Notes: generated by a model not told the origin, from the sequence alone. DNA of 64,000 nt from an uncultured cyanobacterium (GCA_963703315.1 OY969811.1:1888001-1952000), one strand, 5' to 3'. Shown: positions 10,587-21,086, numbered from the stretch's first letter. Translations and numbers: made by a program.

Positions 10587-11807
10587 ATGACTGCTCAAGA
10601 AATGTCCCAAACTACCCATAGTAAAACCCATAGCAAAAACGATAGGTCATGGAAGTTTTGGCAAGTAGTGCCACTTTATCCCTATGGTCAGAGACAGACA
10701 TTAAGACAAGAGGTAGTCAAAGACTCAGTTTGGACATTTGACCAGATTCAGGGAATTTTTTATGTAGTTGTGCCGATCCGAATGACAGTGGTGAAACTGG
10801 CGGTAGGGGGACTGCTCGTATATGCGCCTGTTGCCCCAACTCCTGAATGTATTCGGCTAGTCAATGAGCTTGTCGCTGAGCATGGAGAAGTTAAATACAT
10901 CATTTTACCAACGGTGTCAGGAATTGAGCATAAGGTGTTTGTAGGACCTTTTGCGCGGAAATTCCCTCAAGCTCAGGTTTATATCTCGCCACACCAATGG
11001 AGCTTTCCATTTAATTTACCTCTGAGTTGGCTAGGCTTACCTTGGGGACGCACCCATATTCTGCCCCAAGATGTGAACCAGACTCCCTTTGCCGATCAGT
11101 TTGACTATGCGATTTTAGGTTCCGTTGAGCTTGGTCTGGGTAGATTTGCAGAAGTAGCAATGCTGGATAAGCGATCGCAGACTCTTTTAGTCACCGATAC
11201 CATTGTTGCCATTCCTGAGCAGCCTCCCGAAATTTTGCAAATTGATCCCTATCCCTTGCTATTTCATGCTAGAGATAGTGCTACGGAACCGATCATCGAT
11301 ACTCCAACGAATCGAATTCGGGGCTGGCAACGCACTTCATTATTTTTATTCTATTTCCGTCCGCAGGTATTGGAAACAGTTCCATTTATACAGGCGATCG
11401 CCGATATTTTCAAAGCTCCAGAGCGATCGCGCAAAGCCTTTTTTGGGTTATTCCCTTTTAAATGGCGCGCAGACTGGTATCAATCCTTTGAGACTTTGCG
11501 TGGTAACGGTCGCATTTTTGTCGCTCCAATTCTGCAAACACTGATTCTCAACCGTGATCCTCAAGCCGCGATCGCATGGGCAGATAAAGTCGCCAGTTGG
11601 AATTTTGTGCGGATTATTCCTTGCCATTTTGATAATGCGATCGCTGCTACCCCCATTGAGTTTCGGCAAGCCTTTAGCTTTTTAGAAAAAGATTCTCAAT
11701 TTAAACCTGCTTTTAATCTACCTGAAGAAGATTTTGAAGTTCTCAAGCAAATTAATAACCTTTTGCAAGGCAATCGCATTATTGTCGAAGCAAAGGACAA
11801 AATCTAG
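10587..11807 (+). CDS. DUF4336 family protein
   Basis: IRMTVVKL..GGLLVYAPVAPT, EHKVF, RIIPCHF. Confidence 0.85.
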   Translation: MTAQEMSQTTHSKTHSKNDRSWKFWQVVPLYPYGQRQTLRQEVVKDSVWTFDQIQGIFYVVVPIRMTVVKLAVGGLLVYAPVAPTPECIRLVNELVAEHGEVKYIILPTVSGIEHKVFVGPFARKFPQAQVYISPHQWSFPFNLPLSWLGLPWGRTHILPQDVNQTPFADQFDYAILGSVELGLGRFAEVAMLDKRSQTLLVTDTIVAIPEQPPEILQIDPYPLLFHARDSATEPIIDTPTNRIRGWQRTSLFLFYFRPQVLETVPFIQAIADIFKAPERSRKAFFGLFPFKWRADWYQSFETLRGNGRIFVAPILQTLILNRDPQAAIAWADKVASWNFVRIIPCHFDNAIAATPIEFRQAFSFLEKDSQFKPAFNLPEEDFEVLKQINNLLQGNRIIVEAKDKI

Positions 11808-11840
11808 AATTAGCAATGCTTTGCATTGCTAATTCTAGAT

Positions 11841-12308
11841 TCAGGCAATCAGCCAACAAGTAAGCGCCGCCGCGATCGCATCTGCCGCATCGTCAGGACG
11901 GGGAATTACATCAAGACTGAGTTCTCTCTTTACAGCTTCCTGCACATCACTTTTATCCGCATTACCATGTCCCGTTAATGCTTGCTTAATTTGTGGTGGA
12001 GAGAACTCAATCGGTTCAATATTGTGTTGATTGAGAACTAAGACAATCACCCCTCTAGCTTGAGCCACATTGACCAAGTTTCCCATCCGATAAAAGAATA
12101 GCTTTTCCATGCCCACCACTTGCGGTTGGAACTGCTCCATCAGCGTATGCATATCTTCATAAATAGTCTTGAGGCGATCGCCAATTGGTGTTTGCTTCGG
12201 CGTAACGATAGTGCCAAATTCCAATAGTTTTGGGGAGGCAGGTTTCTCAACCTCAATCAAGCCAAATCCGACAATTGCTAACCCTGGGTCAATTCCTAGA
12301 ATTTTCAT
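11841..12308 (-). CDS. ruvC: Holliday junction resolvase RuvC
   Basis: ILGIDPG, EKLFF, QARGV, PDDAADA; true start MKILG at 12308. Confidence 0.95.
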   Translation of the reverse strand: MKILGIDPGLAIVGFGLIEVEKPASPKLLEFGTIVTPKQTPIGDRLKTIYEDMHTLMEQFQPQVVGMEKLFFYRMGNLVNVAQARGVIVLVLNQHNIEPIEFSPPQIKQALTGHGNADKSDVQEAVKRELSLDVIPRPDDAADAIAAALTCWLIA

Positions 12309-12430
12309 GTGAGTGATCCTAGCACTCAATTGTCTACCCAAACCAAAAGAGAGTAGAGCCGCTACTCTCTTTTGGTTTGGGTGCAAAGCGCTGTAACATT
12401 TCTTTTATAGAGATTTTTGTAGAGATTTAG

Positions 12431-13612
12431 GTGAATTCAATGGCGATCACATTACCGAAAAAAATCATGCTGCTTGGTTCTGGTGAACTGGGTAAGGAGG
12501 TGGTGATTGCCGCGCAAAGACTCGGTAATACGGTAATTGCAGTGGATCGCTATGACAATGCCCCTGCGATGCAAGTAGCAGATCATCGAGAAGTGATCTC
12601 GATGTTGGATGGTGATGCCCTCGAAGCGGTAGTCAAAAAATATCAACCCGATCTAATCGTGCCAGAAGTGGAAGCAATCCGTACTGAGAAACTGCTGGAA
12701 CTAGAAGCACAGGGTTACACCGTCATTCCCACTGCCTCCGCCACCAACTTTACGATGAACCGCGATCGCATTCGCGATTTAGCCAGCCATGAATTGGGCT
12801 TACGCACCGCCAAATACGCCTACGCCACCAGCCTTGATGAACTGAAAACCGTTGCTGCCGAAATTGGTTTCCCAAATGTGATTAAACCCGTGATGTCTTC
12901 CTCTGGCAAGGGACAATCTGTTGTTAATTCTGCTGATGAACTGGAAACAGCGTGGAATTATGCGATCGCGGGCGGGCGTGGGGATACTGCCAAAATCATC
13001 ATTGAGGAATTTATCAATTTTGAAGTCGAAATTACTCTATTAACGATCCGTCAATGGCAAGGAGAGACTCTATTTTGTGAGGCGATCGGGCATCGTCAGG
13101 AACGAGGCGACTATCAAGAATCATGGCAACCTGTCGGCTTAACTCCTGCCCAAGTCAAGGATGCACAGGACATCGCTCGCAAAGTCACCGATAAACTCGG
13201 CGGCGCAGGTATTTTCGGCGTAGAATTTTTTATCACCAAAGACGAAGTAATTTTCTCGGAACTGTCCCCCCGTCCCCACGACACGGGCATGGTGACTCTC
13301 ATCTCCCAAAACCTCAACGAATTTGAACTCCATTTACGCGCAATTTTAGGTTTACCGATTCCCACGATTGAATTACTCAGTCCGTCCGCCAGTGCCGTTA
13401 TTCTTGCCAGCGAAACCAGCGAAAATATTTCCTTTATAGGTGTAGCGGAAGCCCTTGCGATTCCTAACACCGATCTGCGTTTATTTGGCAAACCCGATTC
13501 TCGCCCTTACCGCCGCATGGGTGTTGCTTTAGCCAAAGGAAAAGATGTCACCGAAGCTCGTCACAAGGCAACTGAAGCCGCTGCCAAAGTCAAAATTGTA
13601 GATTATCGCTAA
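12431..13612 (+). CDS. purT: Formate-dependent phosphoribosylglycinamide formyltransferase
   Basis: [37 protein letters not shown]. Confidence 0.97.
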   Translation: MNSMAITLPKKIMLLGSGELGKEVVIAAQRLGNTVIAVDRYDNAPAMQVADHREVISMLDGDALEAVVKKYQPDLIVPEVEAIRTEKLLELEAQGYTVIPTASATNFTMNRDRIRDLASHELGLRTAKYAYATSLDELKTVAAEIGFPNVIKPVMSSSGKGQSVVNSADELETAWNYAIAGGRGDTAKIIIEEFINFEVEITLLTIRQWQGETLFCEAIGHRQERGDYQESWQPVGLTPAQVKDAQDIARKVTDKLGGAGIFGVEFFITKDEVIFSELSPRPHDTGMVTLISQNLNEFELHLRAILGLPIPTIELLSPSASAVILASETSENISFIGVAEALAIPNTDLRLFGKPDSRPYRRMGVALAKGKDVTEARHKATEAAAKVKIVDYR

Positions 13613-13623
13613 AGGAAAAACTG

Positions 13624-13692
13624 ATGACAAGACCTGCCATTCATGCTGGTGAAACCTTAGCAGATGAACTAGGAAGCAACCCCAACCTGTGA
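13624..13692 (+). pseudogene. N-terminal remnant of a HigA-family antitoxin
   Basis: AAGGA RBS then MTRPAIHAGETLADEL (HigA-like HPGE.L.EE), running into repeat DNA. Confidence 0.6.
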
Positions 13693-13823
13693 TTTACAGC
13701 AGGTTTCGATCAAAAGAACCACAAGAAATTTTTTAAAAACGTTGCTTCGCAACGCTTTTAAAAAATTTCTTGGTTCGGGTTTGAGCGCAAAGCCCTGTAG
13801 GTGACAGGTTGGCGTAAGTCCTA
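13670..13823. mobile_element. Degenerate TAGGACTTACG-ended MITE with a nested TACAGC element (13695-13799)
   Basis: Right end ...CGTAAGTCCTA matches the 28748-28897 element; degenerate left end shares CCAACCTGT; inner element similar to 6987-7089. Confidence 0.55.
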
Positions 13824-13827
13824 TTAA

Positions 13828-14628
13828 CTATTGCCACATCCAGAGAGGCATCCCACTAGTTTCTGCTTCAAACTGGAAACGGGCGATCGCACTCTCTGAA
13901 CCACTGGGTAAAAATTTACTAACAAAGGTTTTAGGTGGCTTGATCGTAAATACTTTTGTGTTTTTAGGATCAAGTCCTGCTAGCTCTGAAGCCCAGATTC
14001 GCGCATCTTCTTCTGTGCCGAGGCGATCGACTAGACCAAGCTCAAGAGCTTGTTCACCCGTAAACACTCGCCCATCGGCAAACGATCGCACCACATCGGG
14101 GCTAAGTTTGCGACCTTCGGCAACGGTTTGCACGAATTGGTGATAGCTGCTGTCGATCAAAGATTGGAGAATTACTCTTTCTTCGTCAGTGATTTCGCGA
14201 TCGAAGGAGAGAATATCTTTGTAAGTGCCAGATTTGATTACTTTAAAGGAAACACCGATTTTGTCGAGCAGTTTCTCAATATTATTACCGCGCAAAATTA
14301 CACCGATGCTGCCTGTAATTGTGCCAGGGTTAGAGACGATGTAATCTGCACCAACGCCGATATATACGCCACCACTTGCGGAAATATTGCCAAAACTAGC
14401 GACAACTTTGACTTTCTCCCTGATTCGCTTGAGGGCGGCGTAGATTTCTTGGGAGTCGCCAACGGTTCCCCCAGGGCTATCGATCCGAAGTAAGAGGGCA
14501 GGAAATTTTTGTTCTTCAACAAATTCAAGGGCTTCAAGAACGCGAGTTCTGGTACTTGACCCGATCGCCCCTGTAATTTCAATGCGTGCGATTTTTTTGC
14601 GAAATTTACGTTTGAGGAAGCCGAACAT
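13828..14628 (-). CDS. sppA: Signal peptide peptidase SppA (S49, short form)
   Basis: IDSPGG, SASGGVY, TGSIGV, DGRVFTGEQA. Confidence 0.93.
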   Translation of the reverse strand: MFGFLKRKFRKKIARIEITGAIGSSTRTRVLEALEFVEEQKFPALLLRIDSPGGTVGDSQEIYAALKRIREKVKVVASFGNISASGGVYIGVGADYIVSNPGTITGSIGVILRGNNIEKLLDKIGVSFKVIKSGTYKDILSFDREITDEERVILQSLIDSSYHQFVQTVAEGRKLSPDVVRSFADGRVFTGEQALELGLVDRLGTEEDARIWASELAGLDPKNTKVFTIKPPKTFVSKFLPSGSESAIARFQFEAETSGMPLWMWQ

Positions 14629-14733
14629 TAAGTTATGGGTGGTGAGAATTGCTAAAAGGATCTATGGAAAGGAGCTATGAAAAGCGGTATTCTGATTATA
14701 TCAGCTAAATATTTCGTAATATATAAACCGCAA

Positions 14734-16086
14734 ATGCACGAGACTGACTTTCGTAGCAGCCTTCAGTCAGGAGGCGATCGCCGTAGACTCAAGACGATCA
14801 TTGTTTTAATCATTGTTTATGGATTGACAATTGGTTTGCATTTTGCTCCCTGGGGGCGTTGGGTACTACTCGGATTGTTTGGTATCCATGCTTTGCGGTT
14901 GATTTTTGCACCTCCTCTTCCTGCGATCGCCCCAATATCAGAATCATCGCAATTAACTGATGCAAATCAAGAATTACCATTTTTCTCTTTACTAGCTTCG
15001 GCAAAAAATGAAGAGGCAGTAATTGGCAATTTAGTTAAAAATCTCTGTCAAATTGACTATCCTAGCGATCGCTTTGAAGTCTGGATTGTTGATGACAATA
15101 GTAGCGATCGCACTTCCGATGTGCTGAATCTGCTCAAACAAAAGTATCCTCAATTAAAAACCTTACGACGTGGTGATGAGGCTCAGGGTGGTAAATCTGG
15201 CGCATTAAATCAAGTTTTAGCTTTAACTAAGGGCGACATTATTGGCGTGTTTGATGCGGATGCTCAAGTTCCTAAGGATGTGTTGCGATCGCTTGTGCCA
15301 GTATTCCAACAGTCCAAAATTGGGGCAGTACAATTACGCAAGGCGATCGCTAATGCCACCGATAACTGGTGGACAGCAGGACAATCGGCAGAAATGGCTC
15401 TCGATTTGTGTTTGCAAGATTTACGAGTGCGGGTCGGTGGTGTGGGCGAATTACGCGGCAATGGTCAATTTGTCCGCCGTACTGCCCTCGATGATTGCGG
15501 TGGCTGGAATGAGCAAACGATTACCGACGATCTTGACTTGACCATCCGTTTACATTTAACTGAATGGGATATTGCCTGTTTAAATTTCCCCGCAGTTCAA
15601 GAAGAAGGAGTCTTAACCTTTAAGCAACTATGGCATCAGCGCAATCGCTGGGCAGAAGGAGGATTTCAGCGCTATCTCGACTATTGGAACCTATTGCTAA
15701 GTGGCAAAATGGGTTTCGCAAAAACCTTCGATGCATCCTTGTTTTACATCAACCAGTATTTACTAACAGTTGCCTTTATTCCCGACACGATCGCGGCGAT
15801 CGCCTTGCGGCATAGTCCAATGTTACCGCCGATTGTGGGATTTGCCCTTGCCCTGAGTTCTTTAACAATGGCTTGGGGAATTAGACGCTCCTATCAAGTG
15901 TTATGGAGTCAAGCGATCGGGCAAACCATTTCGGGAATGATCTATATGCTGCATTGGATTCCTGTAATTGCCAGTGTCACCCTACGGATGTGTATCTTTC
16001 CTAAACGTCTAAAATGGGTGAAGACACAGCATCAAGGTGCTGGTGATAATCTTTTAGAAGAGATAGAACTTCAAGAGATTGCTTAG
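14734..16086 (+). CDS. mgdA: GT2 glycosyltransferase, probable monoglucosyl-diacylglycerol synthase
   Basis: GGKSGALN, FDAD, GELRGNGQF, TDDLDL, QRNRWAEGG.QRYLDYW, LKWVKT.H. Confidence 0.8.
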   Translation: MHETDFRSSLQSGGDRRRLKTIIVLIIVYGLTIGLHFAPWGRWVLLGLFGIHALRLIFAPPLPAIAPISESSQLTDANQELPFFSLLASAKNEEAVIGNLVKNLCQIDYPSDRFEVWIVDDNSSDRTSDVLNLLKQKYPQLKTLRRGDEAQGGKSGALNQVLALTKGDIIGVFDADAQVPKDVLRSLVPVFQQSKIGAVQLRKAIANATDNWWTAGQSAEMALDLCLQDLRVRVGGVGELRGNGQFVRRTALDDCGGWNEQTITDDLDLTIRLHLTEWDIACLNFPAVQEEGVLTFKQLWHQRNRWAEGGFQRYLDYWNLLLSGKMGFAKTFDASLFYINQYLLTVAFIPDTIAAIALRHSPMLPPIVGFALALSSLTMAWGIRRSYQVLWSQAIGQTISGMIYMLHWIPVIASVTLRMCIFPKRLKWVKTQHQGAGDNLLEEIELQEIA

Positions 16087-16157
16087 AATTTATTGGGTGA
16101 GGATGGTCGTCGCGAAGCGACGACCATCCTCATGTATTTAGCAGAAATTATAAAACT

Positions 16158-17324
16158 ATGCATGATTGGATTGTCATTGGTGCTGGCATCACAGGCATCT
16201 CGCTAAGTTACGAACTGCAAAAGGCAGGCTTTTCGGTATTGCTAATTGAGCAACATCAAAAGCTAGAGGGTGGCAGTAGCCTCGGCTATGGCGGTATTTC
16301 CTACTGGTCTGGCACAACCACGCTCACGCAACAACTTTGTCAAGAAGGAATTGCGCGTCAACGCCATTTGTCGGATGAGTTAGGGATAGATACCGAGTTT
16401 CGCGAAATTGATTTGTTATTGACGATAGAACCTGATGTCGATCCCCACTCAATTCTCTCGCAGTATGTTAATTGCGCGATCGCCCCAACTTTTTTAACTC
16501 CCCCAGAGTCTCATGAGCGTGAACCATTGCTCAATCCACAGGGGATTGGCGGAGCATTACTATTTCCCCATGCTCATATTAATCTCAATTCCTTTGCCAA
16601 AGCCCATAGCCAAGCTTTAGAAAGATTAGGCGGAAAAATTATTTATGCCAAAGTTGAGAAGTTATTGATTTCAGGCGATCGCGTGACAGGTGTAACCACT
16701 GAGCAGGGTGACTTCCATAGCGCTCAGGTTGTCGTTTGTGCAGGAGCCATGTCTCGCGCTCTTCTCAAAGCATCAGGGATTAATGCCCGAATCTACTATA
16801 CCCATGCGGAGGCGATCGATACGGAACCCGTTGATCTAGAACTACGCGCAATGGTAATGCCTGCGGATACAAAGCGTTATCAGCTAGAAGCGGCAACGAC
16901 AAATTCTGATCAAGACCAAATTTGGGACATTGCAGGACAGGAACTATTGCCTCCTTCCGTTGATGCTGGAGCAATTCAATTTGGCGATCGCTCGATTAGA
17001 TTTGGACAACTTAGCCGCGTGTTAACCGATCCCTACGCAGCGATCGATCCTATTCAAAGTGAAGCTGCTATTCGAGCAAACGTTAGTAAAATCCTGCCTA
17101 AAGTTGCCAAACTGAAGGGTAAATGGAGGCATTGCCTTGTTGCCTTTAGTAATGACAGCTTACCTCTCGTCGGTGCAGTTAGGGAATATGCCAATCTGCA
17201 TTTATTCTCAGGTTTTACAAGTCCGACAGTGTATGTACCACCCCTATCTCAAAGGTTTGCTGCCTACGCAAAAGGTAATCCCGACAACGTAATTCCTTTA
17301 CTATCTCCAAATCGGTTTATATAG
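16158..17324 (+). CDS. FAD-dependent oxidoreductase (DAO family)
   Basis: VIGAGITG Rossmann motif, D.LPLVG. Confidence 0.85.
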   Translation: MHDWIVIGAGITGISLSYELQKAGFSVLLIEQHQKLEGGSSLGYGGISYWSGTTTLTQQLCQEGIARQRHLSDELGIDTEFREIDLLLTIEPDVDPHSILSQYVNCAIAPTFLTPPESHEREPLLNPQGIGGALLFPHAHINLNSFAKAHSQALERLGGKIIYAKVEKLLISGDRVTGVTTEQGDFHSAQVVVCAGAMSRALLKASGINARIYYTHAEAIDTEPVDLELRAMVMPADTKRYQLEAATTNSDQDQIWDIAGQELLPPSVDAGAIQFGDRSIRFGQLSRVLTDPYAAIDPIQSEAAIRANVSKILPKVAKLKGKWRHCLVAFSNDSLPLVGAVREYANLHLFSGFTSPTVYVPPLSQRFAAYAKGNPDNVIPLLSPNRFI

Positions 17325-17429
17325 CAAAAAGATGAGTGGCGGCGCTTCGCGCCGCCACTCATCTTCTGGTTTTATGTCATAAGCAAAACTTGCACTTCTA
17401 TATGAAGATCTAGCTTTACCTAGTAACCA

Positions 17430-17470
17430 ACAAACCAATTAGCATCATGCGCTACATACTAAGCGATCGC
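17430..17470 (+). repeat. Direct repeat B, copy 1
   Basis: ACAAACCAATTAGCATCATGCGCTACATA is identical at 21980-22008; core CAATTAGCATCATGCGCTACA-N8-GATCGC also at 24072-24106. Confidence 0.9.
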
Positions 17471-17643
17471 GTAATCTTCGATAATCGATTGGTTTCAATT
17501 TTCGCATCCTTTAGTAATTCATTCCAATTATCGGGAGGATTACCACTTTCGAGCATCTTTTGGAAAACTCGATATGCATCTGTGCTGCTTTCATAGGCGC
17601 GTTTATTACCCTCATCATTGACCCAAGCAAAAACAATAATTTT
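17452..17643 (-). pseudogene. C-terminal remnant of a YhaV-family toxin
   Basis: KIIVFAWVNDEGNKRAYESSTDAYRVFQKMLESGNPPDNW, near-identical to the intact copy at 22617-23111. Confidence 0.85.
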
Positions 17644-17824
17644 GTTTATTAGAGCAAAACATTCACCAGTAAAGCTAGACGTGCAAACAGATGTTGGTGA
17701 ATTAGTAGAAGATTATGATGATCCCAAAGAAAAAATCTTAGAAGATCTTCGTCAGTCTTTAGAAGATGCTAAAGCAGGTCGAGTTCACGATATTTCTGAA
17801 CTTTGGGATGGAATTGATGTCTAG
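17642..17824 (+). pseudogene. C-terminal remnant of a type II antitoxin
   Basis: LFIRAKHS matches LFVRAKHS of 22284-22556; ends EDAKAGRVHDISELWDGIDV and overlaps a toxin start. Confidence 0.7.
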
Positions 17825-17945
17825 TGAAGATCCCAAATTGAAGATTCAGTTTACAGATGTTTTTAAGCGTCAAGTTCGAGATTTAGCAAGGCGCTATAGA
17901 CGTATTAAATTAGATATTCAACCAGTTTTGGATCAACCTAGTTAA
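17817..17945 (+). pseudogene. Truncated RelE/HigB-family toxin
   Basis: MSSEDPKLKIQFTDVFKRQVRDLARRYRRIKLDIQPVLDQPS*, N-terminal part only. Confidence 0.65.
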
Positions 17946-18225
17946 GAAAGCTTGGAAAAAAGATCCTTTTTCTTTTATCGAGAAGTTCATTCCGATGTTC
18001 TTTAATACAAATCTTAAAGATACTGCAAATAAGGCAGGAAATTACTAAGATAAATTTCATCTTAAAACACAAGAACAATAAAGACGCTTAGTGTCTTTAT
18101 TGTTCTTGTGATCATAAATCGTAGGATTTTCTGTATTTTTTGTCTTGATTTGCTAAAATTATTGAAAGGAATGAAGAACTCCGCCTCAATCTGACAGGGT
18201 ATCAAATTCTTTTTTACTAAAATGT

Positions 18226-19366
18226 CTTAGTACAGGACAAAAAGTTGCAAAAGTAGAGAGGAAGGGGTTTTATAAAAGATAACTACATCATTCGTAAAAC
18301 CCCTATGAAAGAGATTAACCTATTCCGCGAAAAATTGCAGCAACATCTGCACTGGAATGCAGCAAGACTAGCTTTTGTGTCTATATTCTTAATCGCACTA
18401 ATGCGAGTAAAGACAGTAAATCTAGCGGAAATCGCCACAGGATTTAGCGGTAAAGCCAAAGTCGAATCGCACTATAAGAGATTACAGAGGTTTTTCCGAG
18501 ACTTTGAAGTGGACTATGAAAGCATCGCGCTCATGGTTGTAAAAGTAATGCAAATACCCGAACCATGGATAATTTCCATAGACCGCACCGATTGGAAATT
18601 CGGTAAGACAGTGTTTAACGTGCTGACACTGGGGGTAGTGCATCACGGTGTCGCCTTCCCCTTGGTATGGATAATGCTGGATAAAAAAGGTAATTCAAAC
18701 ACTCGTGAACGCTGTGAATTGTGGAATCGATTTCTAGAAATATTTGGAGACCGCAAAATCGACTTTTTGACCGCAGACCGAGAGTTTGTGGGTGAAGAAT
18801 GGTTTGATTATTTGCTGTGTGACCCATGTACCCCATTTAGAATCCGTATTCGCAAAAACACCTTGCTTGACGATGGGCAAAAAGAACTACGGGCTGATGT
18901 TTGTTTTCAAGATCTCCAAGTTGGTCAATTGAAAGTGTTGTCCAAACCCAGAAAAGTTTGGAACCATTGGCTTAGTATAGCCGCTATGCGTCTGAAGGAT
19001 GGCGAGTTGTTAATTGTCACTACCGCTCATGACCCTGATACTGCTATTTCTGACTATGCCAAGCGTTGGGCTATTGAAACTTTGTTCGGGTGTTTTAAAT
19101 CCCGTGGCTTTTGTTTGGAGTCCACTCATCTTCAAGATTCGGAGCGCCTCTCTAAACTTATTGCTTTGCTTACTCTGGCTTTATGTTGGGCTTTTTCTTC
19201 GGGGCTTTGGCTTGCTCAATTAAACCCTCTCAAGCCTAAAAAGCATGGTCGTCTACCTAAAAGCATTTTTCGCCTTGGTTTTGATTCCCTCCGTCACTTC
19301 ATCTTTGACCTTCACATCAATTTTGAAGCCTTCTTTAACTCCATTAAATTTTTGTCCTGTACTTAG
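18226..19366 (+). mobile_element. IS4-family insertion sequence, 1141 bp
   Basis: TIRs CTTAGTACAGGACAAAAA / TTTTTGTCCTGTACTTAG (1 mismatch); 9-bp TSD CTAAAATGT at 18217-18225 and 19367-19375. Confidence 0.93.
18305..19366 (+). CDS. IS4-family DDE transposase
   Basis: IDRTDW, ADREF, YAKRWAIETLFGCFKSRGF (YREK-type motif). Confidence 0.93.
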   Translation: MKEINLFREKLQQHLHWNAARLAFVSIFLIALMRVKTVNLAEIATGFSGKAKVESHYKRLQRFFRDFEVDYESIALMVVKVMQIPEPWIISIDRTDWKFGKTVFNVLTLGVVHHGVAFPLVWIMLDKKGNSNTRERCELWNRFLEIFGDRKIDFLTADREFVGEEWFDYLLCDPCTPFRIRIRKNTLLDDGQKELRADVCFQDLQVGQLKVLSKPRKVWNHWLSIAAMRLKDGELLIVTTAHDPDTAISDYAKRWAIETLFGCFKSRGFCLESTHLQDSERLSKLIALLTLALCWAFSSGLWLAQLNPLKPKKHGRLPKSIFRLGFDSLRHFIFDLHINFEAFFNSIKFLSCT

Positions 19367-19493
19367 CTAAAATGTATTTACGCCCCATAGCATCGGGGTA
19401 TTTGTCCTCGTTGGTAAAATAAAACTGTAGTTAATTTAATACTTCATTCACAATTCCATTCACTTTTATGATAATCATTAGGAGTCCTAAACT

Positions 19494-19865
19494 ATGAATT
19501 CCGCTCAAGTTGCATCATTAGCTTTAGATATTTTACTCCAGATTTCGAGCAAGGTAGGGGATGGTGCATTTAAAAAAATTGGTGATCAACTTGTTTCTGT
19601 TCTTGAGAATAAACTTAGAAGAAAGCTTTTCCCAGATCGTTTACAAAATAATCCTGAAATACTAAAAGAAGTTGAACAGTCTATTGCCCAAAAATGTAAC
19701 GAAGATGCTCAATTCTTAGAAAAGTTGAAGAATCTAGTGGAAGATTGGAATATTCAACAATCAAAATATGTCAGTCAAAACACCGAAAAAGGTGTGAATA
19801 TGGTTAATAATATTAGCAGTGGAGGCAAAGCTGTAGGTCAAGAGATTAATAACTACTTTCGTTAA
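19494..19865 (+). CDS. Small helical protein, Bell-domain-like, with an N/G/Q-rich tail
   Basis: AGGAG RBS; ..K.GDGAF.KIGD.L...L..K..., ED..F...L..LVE, tail GVNMVNNISSGGKAVGQEINNYFR. Confidence 0.6.
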   Translation: MNSAQVASLALDILLQISSKVGDGAFKKIGDQLVSVLENKLRRKLFPDRLQNNPEILKEVEQSIAQKCNEDAQFLEKLKNLVEDWNIQQSKYVSQNTEKGVNMVNNISSGGKAVGQEINNYFR

Positions 19866-20757
19866 TCTTGGAGATACAGATTTAGAAGATACAGATTTAG
19901 AGCCATTGACACGATGGCAGAAAGTTACTACATACTTTAAAGCACTATCTTTTCTATCTTTAACACTTCTTCGATGGGCATTCTGGGGATGGAAGGCTGA
20001 CTACGCATTTCCTTTCTCTGCAATATCTGCATTAATATTTAGTTGTATCAATGGGGAACTTCCTAAGAATATAAATCGTTTACAAAGAAGGCTAAGAAAC
20101 AAGGAAATTATATTAACTAATCCTTCTCTGGAGCGTATTCAGAAACTTTACCGTCTCGAAAATCAAGGACTTGTATGCAAGGAAGTTATTGATATACTAG
20201 GATTAAATGGAGAAAAACTCGAAAAAATTGCATCAGTTCTTCAAGAATTAGATAACAAAACAAGAGAGATTCAACAGGAACTAGAACCTTATAAACCACA
20301 AAGATATAAAGATTTTTCTAAACTTCAAGATCGTTCATGGTCTTTTAATAAAAATCAAAATGATTATGTTGAGCTACAAAAGCTAACTAAAAAGCTTTCT
20401 AATGAGATGAAAGCTAGCAAAAATCCTGCTCAGATTTTAAAAGACGAGCGTAACACTTTCCTTGAAGACATTAGATCTAAAAAGATAATACTCTCAGCTT
20501 CAGGACTAAACCTCGCTTATCAATTTTTTAATTTAATTGCTAGTACAATTCCTGAAATAAGGTTTGATGGTAAATATCTAGGGAACCTTAAAGCAACAAA
20601 ATATCACTTTCATCCTCAATGTAGGGATTGGCAAAGTTTAGTTTATAGAGTCTTATATTGTGATGACAAGGAGATAATTGTTAGTAATACATCGCAAGAT
20701 TTCGAGGGCAAGCTTGGGTCTTGTTACTCTTGTCAAGGAAAAGGGAAAACAGAATAG
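19861..20757 (+). CDS. Hypothetical membrane/coiled-coil protein with a C-terminal His/Cys motif; no ATG near the 5' end, possibly reached by +1 frameshift
   Basis: Frame open from 19837; YLGN...KYHFHPQC...CYSC. Confidence 0.55.
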   Translation, partial: VNLGDTDLEDTDLEPLTRWQKVTTYFKALSFLSLTLLRWAFWGWKADYAFPFSAISALIFSCINGELPKNINRLQRRLRNKEIILTNPSLERIQKLYRLENQGLVCKEVIDILGLNGEKLEKIASVLQELDNKTREIQQELEPYKPQRYKDFSKLQDRSWSFNKNQNDYVELQKLTKKLSNEMKASKNPAQILKDERNTFLEDIRSKKIILSASGLNLAYQFFNLIASTIPEIRFDGKYLGNLKATKYHFHPQCRDWQSLVYRVLYCDDKEIIVSNTSQDFEGKLGSCYSCQGKGKTE

Positions 20758-20989
20758 TTGGTAGTAATAGATTTAAAGATTATGATTTAGTCTAAATAAC
20801 TTACTTAAAAAAATATAGGGATTTGTCATAACCAAATCGCAAAAACAGAAGGAAGACTTAAGAAATGAACATCATGTAGACAACCCCTTGATTGCCTAAA
20901 GCATCATATGGCAAAATATACATCCCAAATCAAACGCAAAATTAATGCGATTTTCAGGCTAAACAGTATACACTAAATTACTCTTACTT

Positions 20990-21071
20990 CGTCCGACTAG
21001 TTTGCACACTCAAATATGCAACTAGCAGAATGCAAAAAACAAGTTTTTCCCGTCATAGGCGCACGAGGCTA
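20990..21071 (+). repeat. Direct repeat A, copy 1 (copy 2 at 21752-21821)
   Basis: CGTCCGACTAGTTT(G/A)CA(C/A)ACT(C/T)AAATAT, 25/28 identical, followed by a weaker similar block. Confidence 0.75.
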
Positions 21072-21086
21072 AGATTTGCTAGGAAT

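Noticed and set aside
12309..12386. N-terminal extensions in the ORF track (ruvC; also carB, trpC, uraH, mgdA and the M20 hydrolase)
   Set aside because: They run through repeat or promoter DNA; downstream ATGs fit the family N-termini better
17618..17824. 68-aa ORF as an intact gene
   Set aside because: The first codons are antisense yhaV remnant; the ORF is a chimera across a junction
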